A DNA stretch of 64,000 nt from Octopus vulgaris (lineage: Eukaryota), in assembly GCA_951406725.2 (NCBI GenBank), contig OX597837.1, forward strand, positions 36,890,001 through 36,954,000, read 5' to 3'. The notes beneath the pieces were generated by a model that searched no databases, had not been told where the DNA came from, and saw only the letters and a list, made by a program, of their open reading frames with translations. The position numbers and the translations under genes are program-made. Each line of letters begins with the position of its first letter. The first letter of the stretch is position 1. Below are positions 43,397 to 55,357 of this stretch, piece by piece.

Positions 43397-43688
43397 TATC
43401 ACGTGATCACATGACTGTTGTTACACATCACTGGTCACAATGCATTCGCATTGTTTTAGCCTTCGAATGACGCCACCCCGCTGGCTAAGCGAGGAGGACA
43501 ACAGAAGAAAGAGTGAGAGAAAGTTGTGGCGAAAGAGTACAGCAGGGTTCGCCACCACCCCCTGCCGGAGCTTCGTGGAGCTTTGGGTGTTTTTTGCTCA
43601 ATAAAAACACACAACACCCGGTCTCGGAATCGAAACCGTGATCCTACGACCGCGAGCCCGCTGCCCTAACCACTGGGCCATTGCGCCT

Positions 43689-43690
<2 letters not shown>
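43397..43690 (-). mobile_element. tRNA-derived SINE family D
   Basis: Head ggaggcgcaatggcccagtggttag...gtttcgattcc; matches 52445-52735. Confidence 0.82.
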
Positions 43691-43745
<55 letters not shown>

Positions 43746-44440
43746 GAAAAAATGGTGAGATCCTTGGGACAAAACGATACCACCACCACCATCATCATCA
43801 TCATTACCAAGGTCACTTTGAATGGCATCTCTGCCACCACCACCACCACCACCCATGTTACCAGCAACACTTCACATATGTCATCATCTTCATCTGACAC
43901 CTCATAACAATGACTTATACATCATCACCATCGCCATCATCATCATCATCATCATCGCTGCCACCACCACCACCACCACCACCACATCTGAAGTCACTGC
44001 CATCACTACCAACACAAAGGTTACCTCCATCGGCACTACCACACCACACAGCCCGGCATCTCCACCACCTCCTTAATGACCCCCAACACCACCACCGCCA
44101 CCACCATGACCATCACACTGTTACATTTGCTAAACTTAACATATTTCTCTAAGGCCCCATGAGACATAACACAATTTCAAATAACTTGGCGCTGTTTTTT
44201 ATATACACACACACACATACACACTTTTTTTACACACATATATATACACCTATATATGTGTATATTACTCTTTTACACACATTTTTTTACCCATATATAC
44301 ACATATATGTGTATACTACTTTACACACACACATATAAACATATACACTTCTACTTCTTTTACTTGTATATATATATATATATACACACACATATATATT
44401 TCTCTTTTGAAACACACACATATACCATTCTTTACTCATA

Positions 44441-44514
<74 letters not shown>

Positions 44515-44617
44515 TAAAGTTAATCCAAACAAGAAAGCACAAAAAAAACACAACACCGCGAGGACGTGGAACAAATATAGTATTATTGGACGCTCAGGAA
44601 GGAAGGGAAGAAGGAGG

Positions 44618-44652
44618 GTTTAACGTTTTGAGCGGAGCTCTTCGTCAGAAAC
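44618..44652 (-). ncRNA. Minimal hammerhead-like motif (G12A) in related repeat 44515-44715
   Basis: GTTT-CTGACGA-AGAGC-TCC-GCTC-AAAA-CG-TT^AAAC. Stem I differs from the 47308 copy but still pairs. Confidence 0.55.
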
Positions 44653-45381
44653 ATAGGAGAAGGAAAGACAGAGGAAAAAAAATCGCCAATGGTACACACG
44701 AGGTCACATTTTGGGTCACATATATCCATGTATATATAAACACATGTATATATATATATATATATATACATACATACATACATACATACATACACACTCA
44801 CACACATACATTGGAGCTTGCAACAGTCCTTTGGCTCATTGGCTCCTCTCAAACTTTCTCACGCACACCTTTGTCAGCACGGAAGACAGACAGACAGACA
44901 GACATTAAATAGCGATTACCACGACAACGACTGGCGGCCAGATTTTAATCTTCTTAAATTTTCTTCCTCCCACCACTACTCAACCACTCTCACACAATTT
45001 ACTGTGAGCAGGTTTTTTTTTTTAAGCTGCAGACGACACTCCATTGTCACCTGTCTTCTCATTTTACTAGCTTTTTTTGTCTGTCTGTCTGTCACCTGCC
45101 TTGGTAGACTGTCATTTTACACACTGCAGCATCATGTGGAATTAAGGAGAAGATGACCTGACATTCTGTAAAACTCACTTGGTAAACCACTCAACCTTTT
45201 CTTGTCTTTTTTCCAAACCAAGTACCCATCCGTGACCACCATTCCTGTCATCAACAGCTGTTTTGAGAGTCGTTATATAATTTGTCTGTCTTTCATTTTC
45301 AAAAGATTTTTTATAGTTTTACTGATTTAAATTTCTGGGCTGGTGTTATTGGCCATTCTAGAGCACTGTTTTTCTTTCTTT

Positions 45382-45796
45382 GGATCGGCAGTTTTTTCTA
45401 GTGGTGTCATATGAAATTGTTACCCATAATTATGACCTTAGTATCGATCTATTGCATTTCAATCTGTTTTAGGGTTAGGGTTAAGAGTGGGGGAAGAGTA
45501 TCTTTTTTTCTTCACAAATGTAAATAAACCCAATCTGTTTCTTAAACGAGGTACATAGTCATACGGCACAGAATGCTTTTTTTTTTTTTTTACCTCAATA
45601 GACGTCATTGATTGGTTGAAATTGCAGAAATTTAAGAAAAAAAAACAACAAATATCTTACAAACTATATAAATTTTCTCAATAAAGCCAAGAGAAAAAGA
45701 TGTTTTATAAACACATTCTACCAGTATACGAAGTTTAAAAGTGTTTAGTTACCTAGAAATTATTTTAAAAAACTACCGTTCAAACTGAAAACATCC
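45382..45796. mobile_element. Merlin-like MITE, second copy (left TIR internally deleted)
   Basis: Same interior as the 21077 copy; 8 bp TSD CTTTCTTT. Confidence 0.8.
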
Positions 45797-46239
45797 CTTT
45801 CTTTCTTTCCTTCCTTCTTCCATTAATTTCTTTCCTTTCTGATAGTTTTTTCTTCTTCCTAGAGTTATATTCCTCTCCCCTCCAAGTTCTTTTCAATATT
45901 TCACTTCTCTTAACCATGTCTGGTTTCCTGAAATCCTCCTTTGTGTAAGGGGAGGTAATTTATCTAAAATCCGATATTTTTGCTTAATTCGTTCATTTAC
46001 AGATGCACACACAGATACAGACATACTTACTTATATGTTGACATTTTTGTTGTCCTTTTTTTCTTAAAAGGAAAGTACTAAAAATGTTTTTAACTTTTGC
46101 TTTTTTTCCCTCCCAATTACACTTTCGTGTGTGCACAGCAGTGAGTGGTTACCTCCCTTACAGTTAGACCTGTGTGTATGACTATGTATGAAGATAAGTT
46201 CTGTGTAGTAGTATATACTTATACATTTAGACACTCAGA

Positions 46240-46972
46240 CACATGTGGCTGTGTGGTAAGTAGCTTGCTTACCACATGGTTCCGGGTTCAATCCCAATGC
46301 GTGTCACCTTGGGCAAGTGTCTTCTCCTAAAGCCTTGGGTCGACCAAAGCCTTGTGAGTGGATTTGGTAGACGGAAACTGAAAGAAGCCCGTCACATATA
46401 TGTGTGTGTGTCTCTGTGTTTGTCCCCCTACTATCGCTTGATAATCGATGTTGGTGTCTTTACGTCCCCGTAAGTTAGAGGTTTGGCAAAAGAGACTGAT
46501 ACAATAAGTTCTAGACTTAGAAAGAATAAGTCCCGGGGGTTGATTTCTTCGACTAAAGGTGGTGCTCCAGTATAGCGCACCACCTTTAATAAAGAATAAA
46601 TAAAAGAATGTATATGTATGTGTGGGTGTGTGGTAAGTAGCTTGCCTGCCATCCACATGGTTCCTGGTCCAGTCCCACTGCAGGAAATCTTGGGCAGGTA
46701 TCTTCTACTATAGCCTCAGGCCGATCAAAGCCTTGTGAGTGGATTTTGTAGATGGAAACTGAAAGAAGCCCATCATTTGTGTGTGTGTGTTTGCCCTTCA
46801 CTATCACTTGGCAGCCAATGTTGGTTTGTTTACATCTCCCATAACAGCAAAAAAAATAAAATAACCCCCAATACTGTATGGGGATTGATTCATTCAACTA
46901 AAAAAAAAAAAAAAGAACTGAAGGTGGTGCTCCAGTATGGCCATAGTCTAATGACTGAAACAAGTAAAAGAT
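46240..46972 (+). mobile_element. Two tandem SINE A copies
   Basis: ~46240-46575 and ~46625-46972. Confidence 0.82.
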
Positions 46973-47307
46973 AGACTAAATAAATATATAACTTATATTC
47001 ATACAAAAAGCCAAGTTTGTTTGTTTGTACGTTGACCGCTGAAAACACCAAATAAATTTGATAATATTTCAGGTTTTTTGTGTCAATTAAATTAATTTGA
47101 CCATCCCACAGATAATTGTACACTTATTTTCCGAAAATGGATTGGGTGGGGCCCGAATTGGTGGTGTACTGACTTCTATTTCTTGTATATATATATATAT
47201 ATATATATATAACGGGAAGGTTTACAAAAATAAACAAAAGACGAAGATAGGTGGTGTACAAACAAACAATGTATTAGTATGGCACTCAGCAATATAAATA
47301 AAACAAG

Positions 47308-47345
47308 TCTTTTACGTTTCGAGCCTACGCTCTTCGACAGAAAGA
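47308..47345 (-). ncRNA. Minimal hammerhead-like motif (A6U core variant) in a ~190 bp PLE-terminus-like repeat (47210-47400)
   Basis: TCTTT-CTGTCGA-AGAGC-GTAG-GCTC-GAAA-CG-TA^AAAGA. Stem I TCTTT/AAAGA, palindromic ACGT in stem III. Confidence 0.6.
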
Positions 47346-47398
47346 TACACAGAAAAGAAACAAGGAGAGAAAAAAATTGCCTGTAGGGGCTAACGATC

Positions 47399-47454
<56 letters not shown>

Positions 47455-47471
47455 ATATATATATATATATA

Positions 47472-47627
47472 TATAAAATATTATTAGAGACAAAACCACT
47501 ATTTTGCAAAACAAACAAGGAAAGACTTAATCAATACATAAAATTTTTATTAAAATTTTATGTATTGATTAAGTCTTTCCTTGTTTGTTTTGCAAAATAG
47601 TGGTTTTGTCTCTAATAATATTTTATA
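47472..47627. repeat. Perfect palindrome, 76 bp arms, 4 nt loop
   Basis: 47472-47547 is the reverse complement of 47552-47627; loop TATT. Confidence 0.92.
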
Positions 47628-48175
47628 ATATTTTACTATAAAATTGGATTTATTCCCTAATATTTATTATTATATATATATATATATATATATATGATCT
47701 AACTACAAAGAAAGAATGTTCTCCAGAGGCTGTCCACCTAGTGGATTTTTTAGCCCTAAATATCCACATGTATTGAAATTTTCTCTGATTTTTCAGATTT
47801 TTTATATGCTAGACTACTGGTTTTAAATTGATATTAACTAAATTAATATTCAATTTATCTCCCTCATTATATATAAATATGACACCCGCTGTTTTTGTCC
47901 TGTTATGACTTATTGTTTTTTGTATTTATATTCGTGTAACATCGTCCGTTTTTCTGTCCTTGTTTCGTATACATTTGATCCTTTTTCTAAGAAATCTAAT
48001 GCTCGTAGCTTAGTTTTTCCTTGGGGCTGGCCGGATCGGAGCGATCTCAAGATTAATCGGCCGAAATTGCAAGGATGATCCGGTTCTTGACTGAAGAATG
48101 AAGACTTCGAATGTCCCGTCCGTGTTTTTTGTATCGTCTTCTAAATGTTTGTATTTTGTCCCAGTTTGTATTTTT

Positions 48176-48219
<44 letters not shown>

Positions 48220-48272
48220 ATACAAATAAATGAAAGAATGGAGTTGAACGACGATTTAATAAAATTCCTTTA

Positions 48273-48355
48273 TTCTTGACATATGTTTCGAAGACTGCAT
48301 ATTCCTAATTTCGAAGGAATAAGGGGTGCATTATGCCGCCTTCTCATCAGGAAAG
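48273..48355 (-). ncRNA. Inverted partner hammerhead motif
   Basis: Minus strand CTTTC-CTGATGA-GAAGGC...GTCTTC-GAAA-CATATG-TC^AAGAA. Core intact, first stem I pair mismatched. Confidence 0.7.
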
Positions 48356-48462
48356 ACAAGGAACTTATGTCAGCATCAAGATGAACAAAAACTTTTGGAT
48401 GACTGCCCACACGGAGCCTATAGCTCATCTTGTTCATCTTGATGCTGACATAAGTTCCTTGC

Positions 48463-48545
48463 TTTTCCTGATGAGAAGGCAGCATAATGCACCCCTTATT
48501 CCTTCGAAATTAGGAATATGCAGCCTTCGAAACATGTGTCGAGAA
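48463..48545 (+). ncRNA. Type I hammerhead ribozyme motif, canonical core, extended stem II (PLE-terminus type)
   Basis: TTTTC-CTGATGA-GAAGGC...GCCTTC-GAAA-CATGTG-TC^GAGAA. Stems I, II and III all pair; GUC triplet ends at 48540; AATAAA follows directly. Confidence 0.8.
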
Positions 48546-48740
48546 TAAAGGAATTTTGTTAATTCGTCGTTCAACTCCATTCTTTCATTTATTTGTATTA
48601 AAAACACACAAATTTCCACACGAAAGCACGTGATCTCTGCCCTAGGCATGTAGCTTCAACCGTGTTTTTCTGACGTGAATTTGCTACCCAGGTATCGGTT
48701 AACCGAATTATCCATACAAAGATAATTCATTCAACTACTT

Positions 48741-48790
<50 letters not shown>

Positions 48791-49291
48791 TTGTGTGACT
48801 ATATATATGTAGGTAGTTGTGTTTGACTGTAAACATGGTGAAAAAGGAAGTAACTTCACCAGAAAAAAAAGCAATGAAAACTTGACCTAGTATTATGTTA
48901 CTTGAAGCAAAAAAAGAAAAACGAAAAATTGCACACACAGACACACACACATGCAAACACACACACAGACACACATATATATATGCTGTTGTGCATTTAG
49001 CTACATACATATGTAATTTTATATGTTCTGAATTGTTTTTATTTGTGTTTTGTTTTTGTCTACTTGTATGATATACATGTGTTACTTGAGCCATGTGTAT
49101 ACAGCATGGAAGATATAATATTCCTTGTCATCGCCACCCTCCCTGTCATTGCTGAAGCGATGATGTAATTTCAGCCGAGAGCGATTTTTTTTTCAACTGC
49201 GGCTCGTAACAAGTGCACAGAAACAGACATGCGTGCACATGTGTGCGTCCCTCACCTAAATTTCGTCAAACCTCTGATAATTCTACACCAT

Positions 49292-49692
49292 AGGCACAGG
49301 AGTGGCTGTGTGGTAAGTAGCTTGCTTACCAACCACATGGTTCCGGTTTCAGTCCCACTGCGTGGCACCTTGGGCAAGTGTCTTCTACTATAGCCTCGGG
49401 CTGACCAAAGCCTTGTGAGTGGATTTGGTGGACGGAAACTGAAAGAAGCCCGCCCTATATATGTATATATATATATGTGCGTGTGTGTTTGTGTGTCTGT
49501 GTTTGTCCCCCTAGCATTGCTTGACAACCGATGCTGGTGTGTTCATGTTCCCCCGTCACTTAGTGATTCAGCAAAAGAGACCGATAGAATAAGTGCTGGG
49601 CTTACAGAGAATAAGTCCCGGGGTCGAGTTGCTCGATTAAAAGGTGGTGCTCCAGCATGGCCGCAGTCAAATGACTGAAACAAGTAAAAGAG
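49292..49692 (+). mobile_element. SINE A full length
   Basis: Consensus match. Confidence 0.9.
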
Positions 49693-50149
49693 AGAGAGAG
49701 AGAATAATTATACACTCTCACACCCACCCACACGTGGAATCAGTATTAATGCCAAATGGTAATCTTTATATCCAGTTTGGCATGGATGTATTATTGGAAC
49801 TCATTAATACTGTGTTCTTAGTCTTGAGGGTTCCTTTCATACAGCAAGCACCCATGGGAGAGGATCTCTCAAGGCTAATAATGCAGTATTTGGTGATATC
49901 CAGAGTAGAGTGGATATCACTTAGAAAAACTGAAGGCCCGCTGCTATAAGTGTGTGAATCTGAGAGGGGAATATGTTGACTAAAATCATAATTAACTGAT
50001 CTTCTTGGATTTTCTTTTATCCGAAGCCAGGAACTTTTTTAGCACCTCCTCATGTGACTCTTATTTCCTTTTAAGCATTAAACAAATACAACCCTTGTTA
50101 CAATTTGTCCCTCACATTTTGTCTTCTTTTCTTATTCATTACTACACAC

Positions 50150-50417
50150 ACAGCTGCTCTCACAAACGAGGATACTAAAAATGAACCCGACTGCTCTCAA
50201 TAATTAAGTACATAAACAAGAAAAATAATCCAGAATCCTTGTCTGGTACTGGATCAATCCCAAAATCTAATCAGTTCGTGCCAGTCATGAGGCCAAACAT
50301 TCCTGAAAGTTTCATCTGAATCCATCCAGCGGTTCTTGAGGTATCTTGTCCATGGACAAACAAACAAACGAATACAACTGAAAACAATACCTCTGCCTTC
50401 GCTAAGGCAGAGGTAAA
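50150..50417 (-). mobile_element. Helentron/DINE-1-like (HINE) fragment
   Basis: Terminal palindrome ACCTCTGCCTT-CGCT-AAGGCAGAGGT next to (GTTT)n; opposite-end pieces with ACCTC(C/T)(G/A)CCAA at ~34618-34700 and 36248-36450. Confidence 0.5.
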
Positions 50418-50544
50418 TATATAATTATAGTAAGGGTGCAAATGAGTAGTGCCGCATGCTAGAAATAGACACCAAATAGTTCTAAGAACTACATTATGTA
50501 GTTCTTTGAGTCATATATTTTGTGTGTGTGTGTATGTATATATA

Positions 50545-50792
50545 TTGGGTTGGTGCATAATTATTGCGGCTTTTTTTCAACAAATTTTATTAAAAATAAA
50601 CAATAACAACATGTAACAAAAACATCTTTAAATGATTATTCTGGAGCATATTCACCATCCACTTCAATTACTGCTTCCCATTTGCTTGGCAGACAGTCAG
50701 ACTGTCAGTTAAAGATGTTTTTAAATATTGTTATTGTTTTTGTTGAATAAAATTTGTTGAAAAGAAGCCGCAATAATTATGCACCAACCCAA
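50545..50792 (-). mobile_element. Mariner-derived MITE, second copy
   Basis: TIR ttgggttggtgcataattattgcggc / gccgcaataattatgcaccaacccaa, TA flanks, interior inverted relative to the 33600 copy. Confidence 0.88.
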
Positions 50793-50811
50793 TATATATA
50801 TATAAAAATAA

Positions 50812-51058
50812 ATGCGCCCTTTTAAAGCCTAGCCAGGCTCATGGGCCCAGTTTCCCGGTTTCTATGGCATATATATTCCCCAGCTGGACAGGATGCCAGT
50901 CCATCGCAGCGCTACTCATTTTTGCCAGCTGAGTGAACTGGAGCAACGTGAAATGAAGTGTTTTGCTCAAGAACACAATGTGTCGCCCGGTCCAGGAATC
51001 GAAACCACAATCTTACGATCATGGTGCTGACACCCTAACCACTAAGCCACGTGCCCCT
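50812..51058 (-). mobile_element. CORE-type tRNA SINE
   Basis: tRNA head then tgtgttcttgagcaaaacacttcatttcacgttgctccagttcactcagctggcaaaaatgag (CORE-like); relative at ~16890-17145. Confidence 0.78.
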
Positions 51059-51520
51059 ACAAACACACACACACACACACACATACATATATACACACAC
51101 ACACGCATATATATATATATATTTATATATATATATATAAGTTAAAAAGTATAAAATAAATTCACAAACAGAAAACAAAGAAGGTCACCAAATCTTCGTC
51201 AGTTATCAGCCAGAAGGTCGTCAAAGGCAATTTCATAATAAAATTGATCCCCTTCTGGTGGTACCAGCAGCAAGAAGCCACCAGGGAATAGTGAGCCAAT
51301 GAACAAGGGATCAAACCTGACAGAAAGTGAACAAACAAATACGTCATATAGAAAATGAACATACGAACATGAAATAAATGTGATTTGAGATGTGACCATT
51401 AGTGGATGGACGAGGGACGACGATGAAAGCAAACAAGAAGAAATGTGGACATATGAAGAAAATGAAATAAAGAAAGAGAATATGGCGTTAGGGCCAGATA
51501 GGAGACGAAAATATGATTAA

Positions 51521-51740
51521 CCCTTTAGCATTCAAACCGGCCATATCTGGCCAAAATATTTAACCTGTTTTATATTGAAACTGACCAGATCTCGCCTCTC
51601 ACCTCAGCCCTACCATGTCGTTCTAAAACTAAATAATCACATCACTGCAATCTCTAAACTACAAGATAATGCATGATTAATTCAAAACAATATAAATAAA
51701 CAAACATCACATTTGACAGAATAATCTGAACACTAAAGGG
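51521..51740. mobile_element. piggyBac-like MITE, second family
   Basis: TTAA-CCCTTTAG...CTAAAGGG-TTAA; aligns to the 36949 copy. Confidence 0.8.
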
Positions 51741-52444
51741 TTAAAAGCAGGAGGAATATCCTAAAGAATTAGAAACAGAGGGACGAGAGAGAGGCAACAA
51801 AAGGGGTTGAAAGTGGGAGACGAGAGAAAATACGATCGGTCGCTTCGGTGCTTGGCATCTGAAGGAAAGGAGAGAGAGGATAAAAGTTGACGAGGAGTCT
51901 CACACACACACACACACACACATACATACACACACACACATTGTATTAAACTGTATCTGGTGATGAAGCCCCAGTTCTGGAGTTGTAGAGAAGTCATGAA
52001 GTCATCTCTTAATTATCATTACTCCCAGGTTTATTCTGACCTAGAATGGTAGTGTCTGTTAGGGTCCCACCTATGAGTAAAATAGATTTCCCTTGGATAG
52101 AAGGGGGACTCCCAATATTTTTGACGAAGCTGTGACAAAGGCATCTCTTCTCGGAGAAATATACTCTCACATAAAACTTACCATCAAAATAGAACCGGTC
52201 ATCCTGCAATGCTTGTCACTGGATCCTTCGATGGTGACCGACAGAGTGGCAAAAGTGTTGTGCAAGCTTTCGTTACTTAAATCCAACAACGTACAGCTGT
52301 CTCAATATCGTTTCATTTCTTCATCTGTTTTGTATTTCATAAACTCCTATGACGATGGGTATCTGCACACATGTAAGGATGAAAGTAAATCAGAACACTC
52401 TGGCTATCATCTGACAAGACGAGGCAAACATATTATGTATATTT

Positions 52445-52735
52445 ATCATGTGATCACATAACCGACCAGGCTATCAGATGTTGCTACACATCGCTGGTCA
52501 CAATGCGCTTCACATTGTTTTAGCCTTCAAATGACGCCAATCCGCTGGCTAAGTGAGCAGGCCAACAGAAGAAAGAGTGAGAGAAAGTTGCGGCAAAAGA
52601 GTACAGAAGGGATCGCCACCCCCTGCTGGAGCCACGTGGAGCTTTAGGTGTTTTCGCTAAATAAACACTCACAACACCCAGTTTGGGAATCGAAACCGCG
52701 ATCCTACGACTGCGAGTCCACTACCCTAACCTAGT
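52445..52735 (-). mobile_element. tRNA-derived SINE family D
   Basis: Aligns to 43397-43690. Confidence 0.8.
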
Positions 52736-53441
52736 GGCCAGGTTGTCTCCCTCATGATTGGTAGATGGTAGGTTCAATTCCAAGACTGGGCAGCACATTG
52801 TATTCTTCGGAAAAAAAAACACTTCATTTCATGTTGCTCCTGTTGTCCCCCTTTTGATCAGTGGGGAATGTTGCCCTGCAAATGCATTGTGACCAGCGTT
52901 GTATAACAATGTCCAGTAGTCTGGTTGGTGGTGTAATCACATATTAAATTACATGCTATGCATCCTGTTTCTCCCAGATATTTTCAGCATCTCAAAGACT
53001 ATTCTTTGATGGACCGGGTACTTTTCCCTATCCCCTTATTCTTCATAGCGATTTTCACCATGTAACTGTCCCCTTTAATAGGCGGACCCTCTATTGCAGT
53101 GGTTCCTAAAGTGGGCAGTACTGCCCCCTTGGGGGTGGTGGAAAGATCCAGGGGAGCATTGAAGAATAGTGGGATGATAACCTGGTGGCCAAAATGGGGT
53201 GATAAACGTATAAAAAAAATAATTATAGGTTAATTAAGTTTAAGTTTTATTTGTGAAAAACTTGTTTTGAATTTGCTGCAGAAAGTGGTCTATATTTGTC
53301 TGTCTCTCTCTATATATATCTATCTATCTGTCTGTATGTCTGTCTAAGGCACATGGCTCTGTGGTTAGTGTGTCGGGCTTACAAAAGATAAGCGAAACAC
53401 AGGCTTGCGACTGAGTTGGAGGCAGAATTACTACTTCTGTC

Positions 53442-53732
53442 GGATCTTTTCCTCTTGATATTTAAGAGATATGGCTGTTATTTCTAGCACATGCCTCCTC
53501 GTTTGTTTATCAATATCGATAACGCAGCAAATGATTTTAGCTCAAAAGAGAGCATACGATTGGTTAAAATTCGAAAAATTAAACTACGTTAAACAAACGA
53601 ATTAGAAATTTATCAAAAAAGCCAAGTGAAAATAATGTTTTCTTTTGACACATTCTACCAGTATACGAAGTTTCAAATTGTTTAGTTAACTAGAAATTGT
53701 GTTGAATTCCGTCTATCAAAAGGAAAAGATCC
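53442..53732. mobile_element. Merlin-like MITE, related subfamily
   Basis: TIR GGATCTTTTCCT(C/T)TTGATA; TSD CTTCTGTC; shares acacattctaccagtatacgaagttt block. Confidence 0.78.
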
Positions 53733-54955
53733 CTTCTGTCTTTTTAACGCTTAAAGGAAACAGTGTTGTAGGAGTGTACACAGCATGTGTGTTACAGCAG
53801 TACTATGTGTAGCTTAAATACTGAGATTGAAAGGCTGAGATTATGCCTACCTAATCTACAATAAAATGAAATATTTTGTACTTTATGCAGAGTAATTAGA
53901 GTAACCTTCATAATTTTATTGAATTAAGAGCATATTTTGCCATAAAAGGAAAATGTTTCTATGGATCTATTTTATTCAAGGAAGGCACTGCCTACCTTGT
54001 CCACCTAAGCAGCATGTCCCTGATTCATGTATATATAGATGTACATATATATCTTTTACTTGTTCCAGTCATTGGACTATGGCCATACTGGGGCACCACC
54101 TTGAAGGGGTTTGGTCAAATGAGTTGACCCCAAAACTTTTTTTTTTTTAAAAGCCTGGTACATATTCTGTTGGTCTCTATTGCTGAACTGTTAAGTTATC
54201 AGAAGATAAACCAACATCAGTTGTCAAGCAGTGGTGGGAGACAAAGTCATACACACACACACACACACATATACATAGATACATACATCATCATCATCAT
54301 CATCGTTTAACGTCCGTTTTCCGCGCTAGCACGGGTTGGACGGTTTCGACCGGGGTCTGGAGAGCTCGGGACTGCCCCAGGCTCCAGTCTAGTCTGGCAG
54401 TGTTTCTACAGCTGGATGCCCTTCCTAACGCCAACCACTCCGCGAGTGTAGTGGGTGTTTTTACGTGCCACCTGCACAGGTGCCAGAGGGGTCTGGCATC
54501 GGCCACGTTCGGATGGTGCTTTTTATGTGGGGGGGGCAGAAATATAGGGGAGCACCAGTGGGGAGGGGTGGTTCAGAGAAATGATGACAGGTTCTAGGCA
54601 AGTAGAACGTAGGATATTGAGAGAGGGGTAATGCATGGTGAAATAGCGTATTGAAGAGGGGGTTCGAAGAGTAGACACCTATAATGGTGGTGGGAGAAGC
54701 GACATCCGGTATAGATGGAGCAAAATATAGAGATATCCGGTATTGGTGGTGGGGGTGGGCAGGGCGGGTGCACCGCGAAGATACGAAGTTTGATTTTAGA
54801 CGAAAGATATAGATAGATAGATAGAGAAATTAGATAGATAGAGAAATTTGATAAATAGTTAGACAGATAGAGAAACATAAATAAATGTTAGCCGAAGTAA
54901 AAGTTAAGCATTCAACTTATCTGCTCTCGGGGCTACATAAATACATACATATATA

Positions 54956-55357
54956 TCTTTGTATATAAAAGTGAGGTTGTGTGCTGTCTGTCTCCTATGA
55001 TTTAGATTCCTAACTACTCCCACATTTTGCGGTGCAGTTTAACCAAAAGCGGGTATCTTATAGTCGTGATTCATATCGAGCCCTTCTGGGTATTAGCGCG
55101 CGTCTACGATGAGTCTACGATTTAAAAAAAAATTTACCATCATTTTTTTCCATTTTAATGCATTTTTTCGATATTATATAAGGGAAGTAACACTCTTAAA
55201 ATGTCTACGATGAGTCAACGATTTAAAAAAAAATTTACCATCATTTTTTTTCCCATTTTTAATGCATTTTTTTGCTATTTTTTGGCTATAACTCTCTAAA
55301 AATGCTTATATAGTTATTTCCCTTACAAACCCGAGCAACGTCGGGTGATACTGCTAG
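54956..55357 (+). mobile_element. Non-autonomous Helitron, second copy
   Basis: A|TC...CCCGAGCAACGTCGGG...CTAG|T; near-identical to 6353-6724. Confidence 0.85.

Noticed and set aside
43615-43690. tRNA gene
   Set aside because: A and B boxes are present but run into a SINE body; no complete cloverleaf and several decayed copies exist.
45468-45483. TTAGGG telomeric repeats
   Set aside because: Only about two units, internal to a MITE.
49120-49280. Mariner 5' region remnants (also 40800-40990)
   Set aside because: Resemblance is impressionistic; no diagnostic motif or paired TIR.
38600-51430. GAAA...CTGANGA order at ~38735 (-), 48063-48097 (+) and ~51200 (-) as type II hammerheads
   Set aside because: I could not build stems I and III with an NUH site; kept only as unclassified TA-flanked repeats.
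52093-52461. 122 aa non-repetitive ORF
   Set aside because: No convincing splice sites fitting the gene; the minus strand vaguely resembles a Tc1/mariner end; cannot assign.
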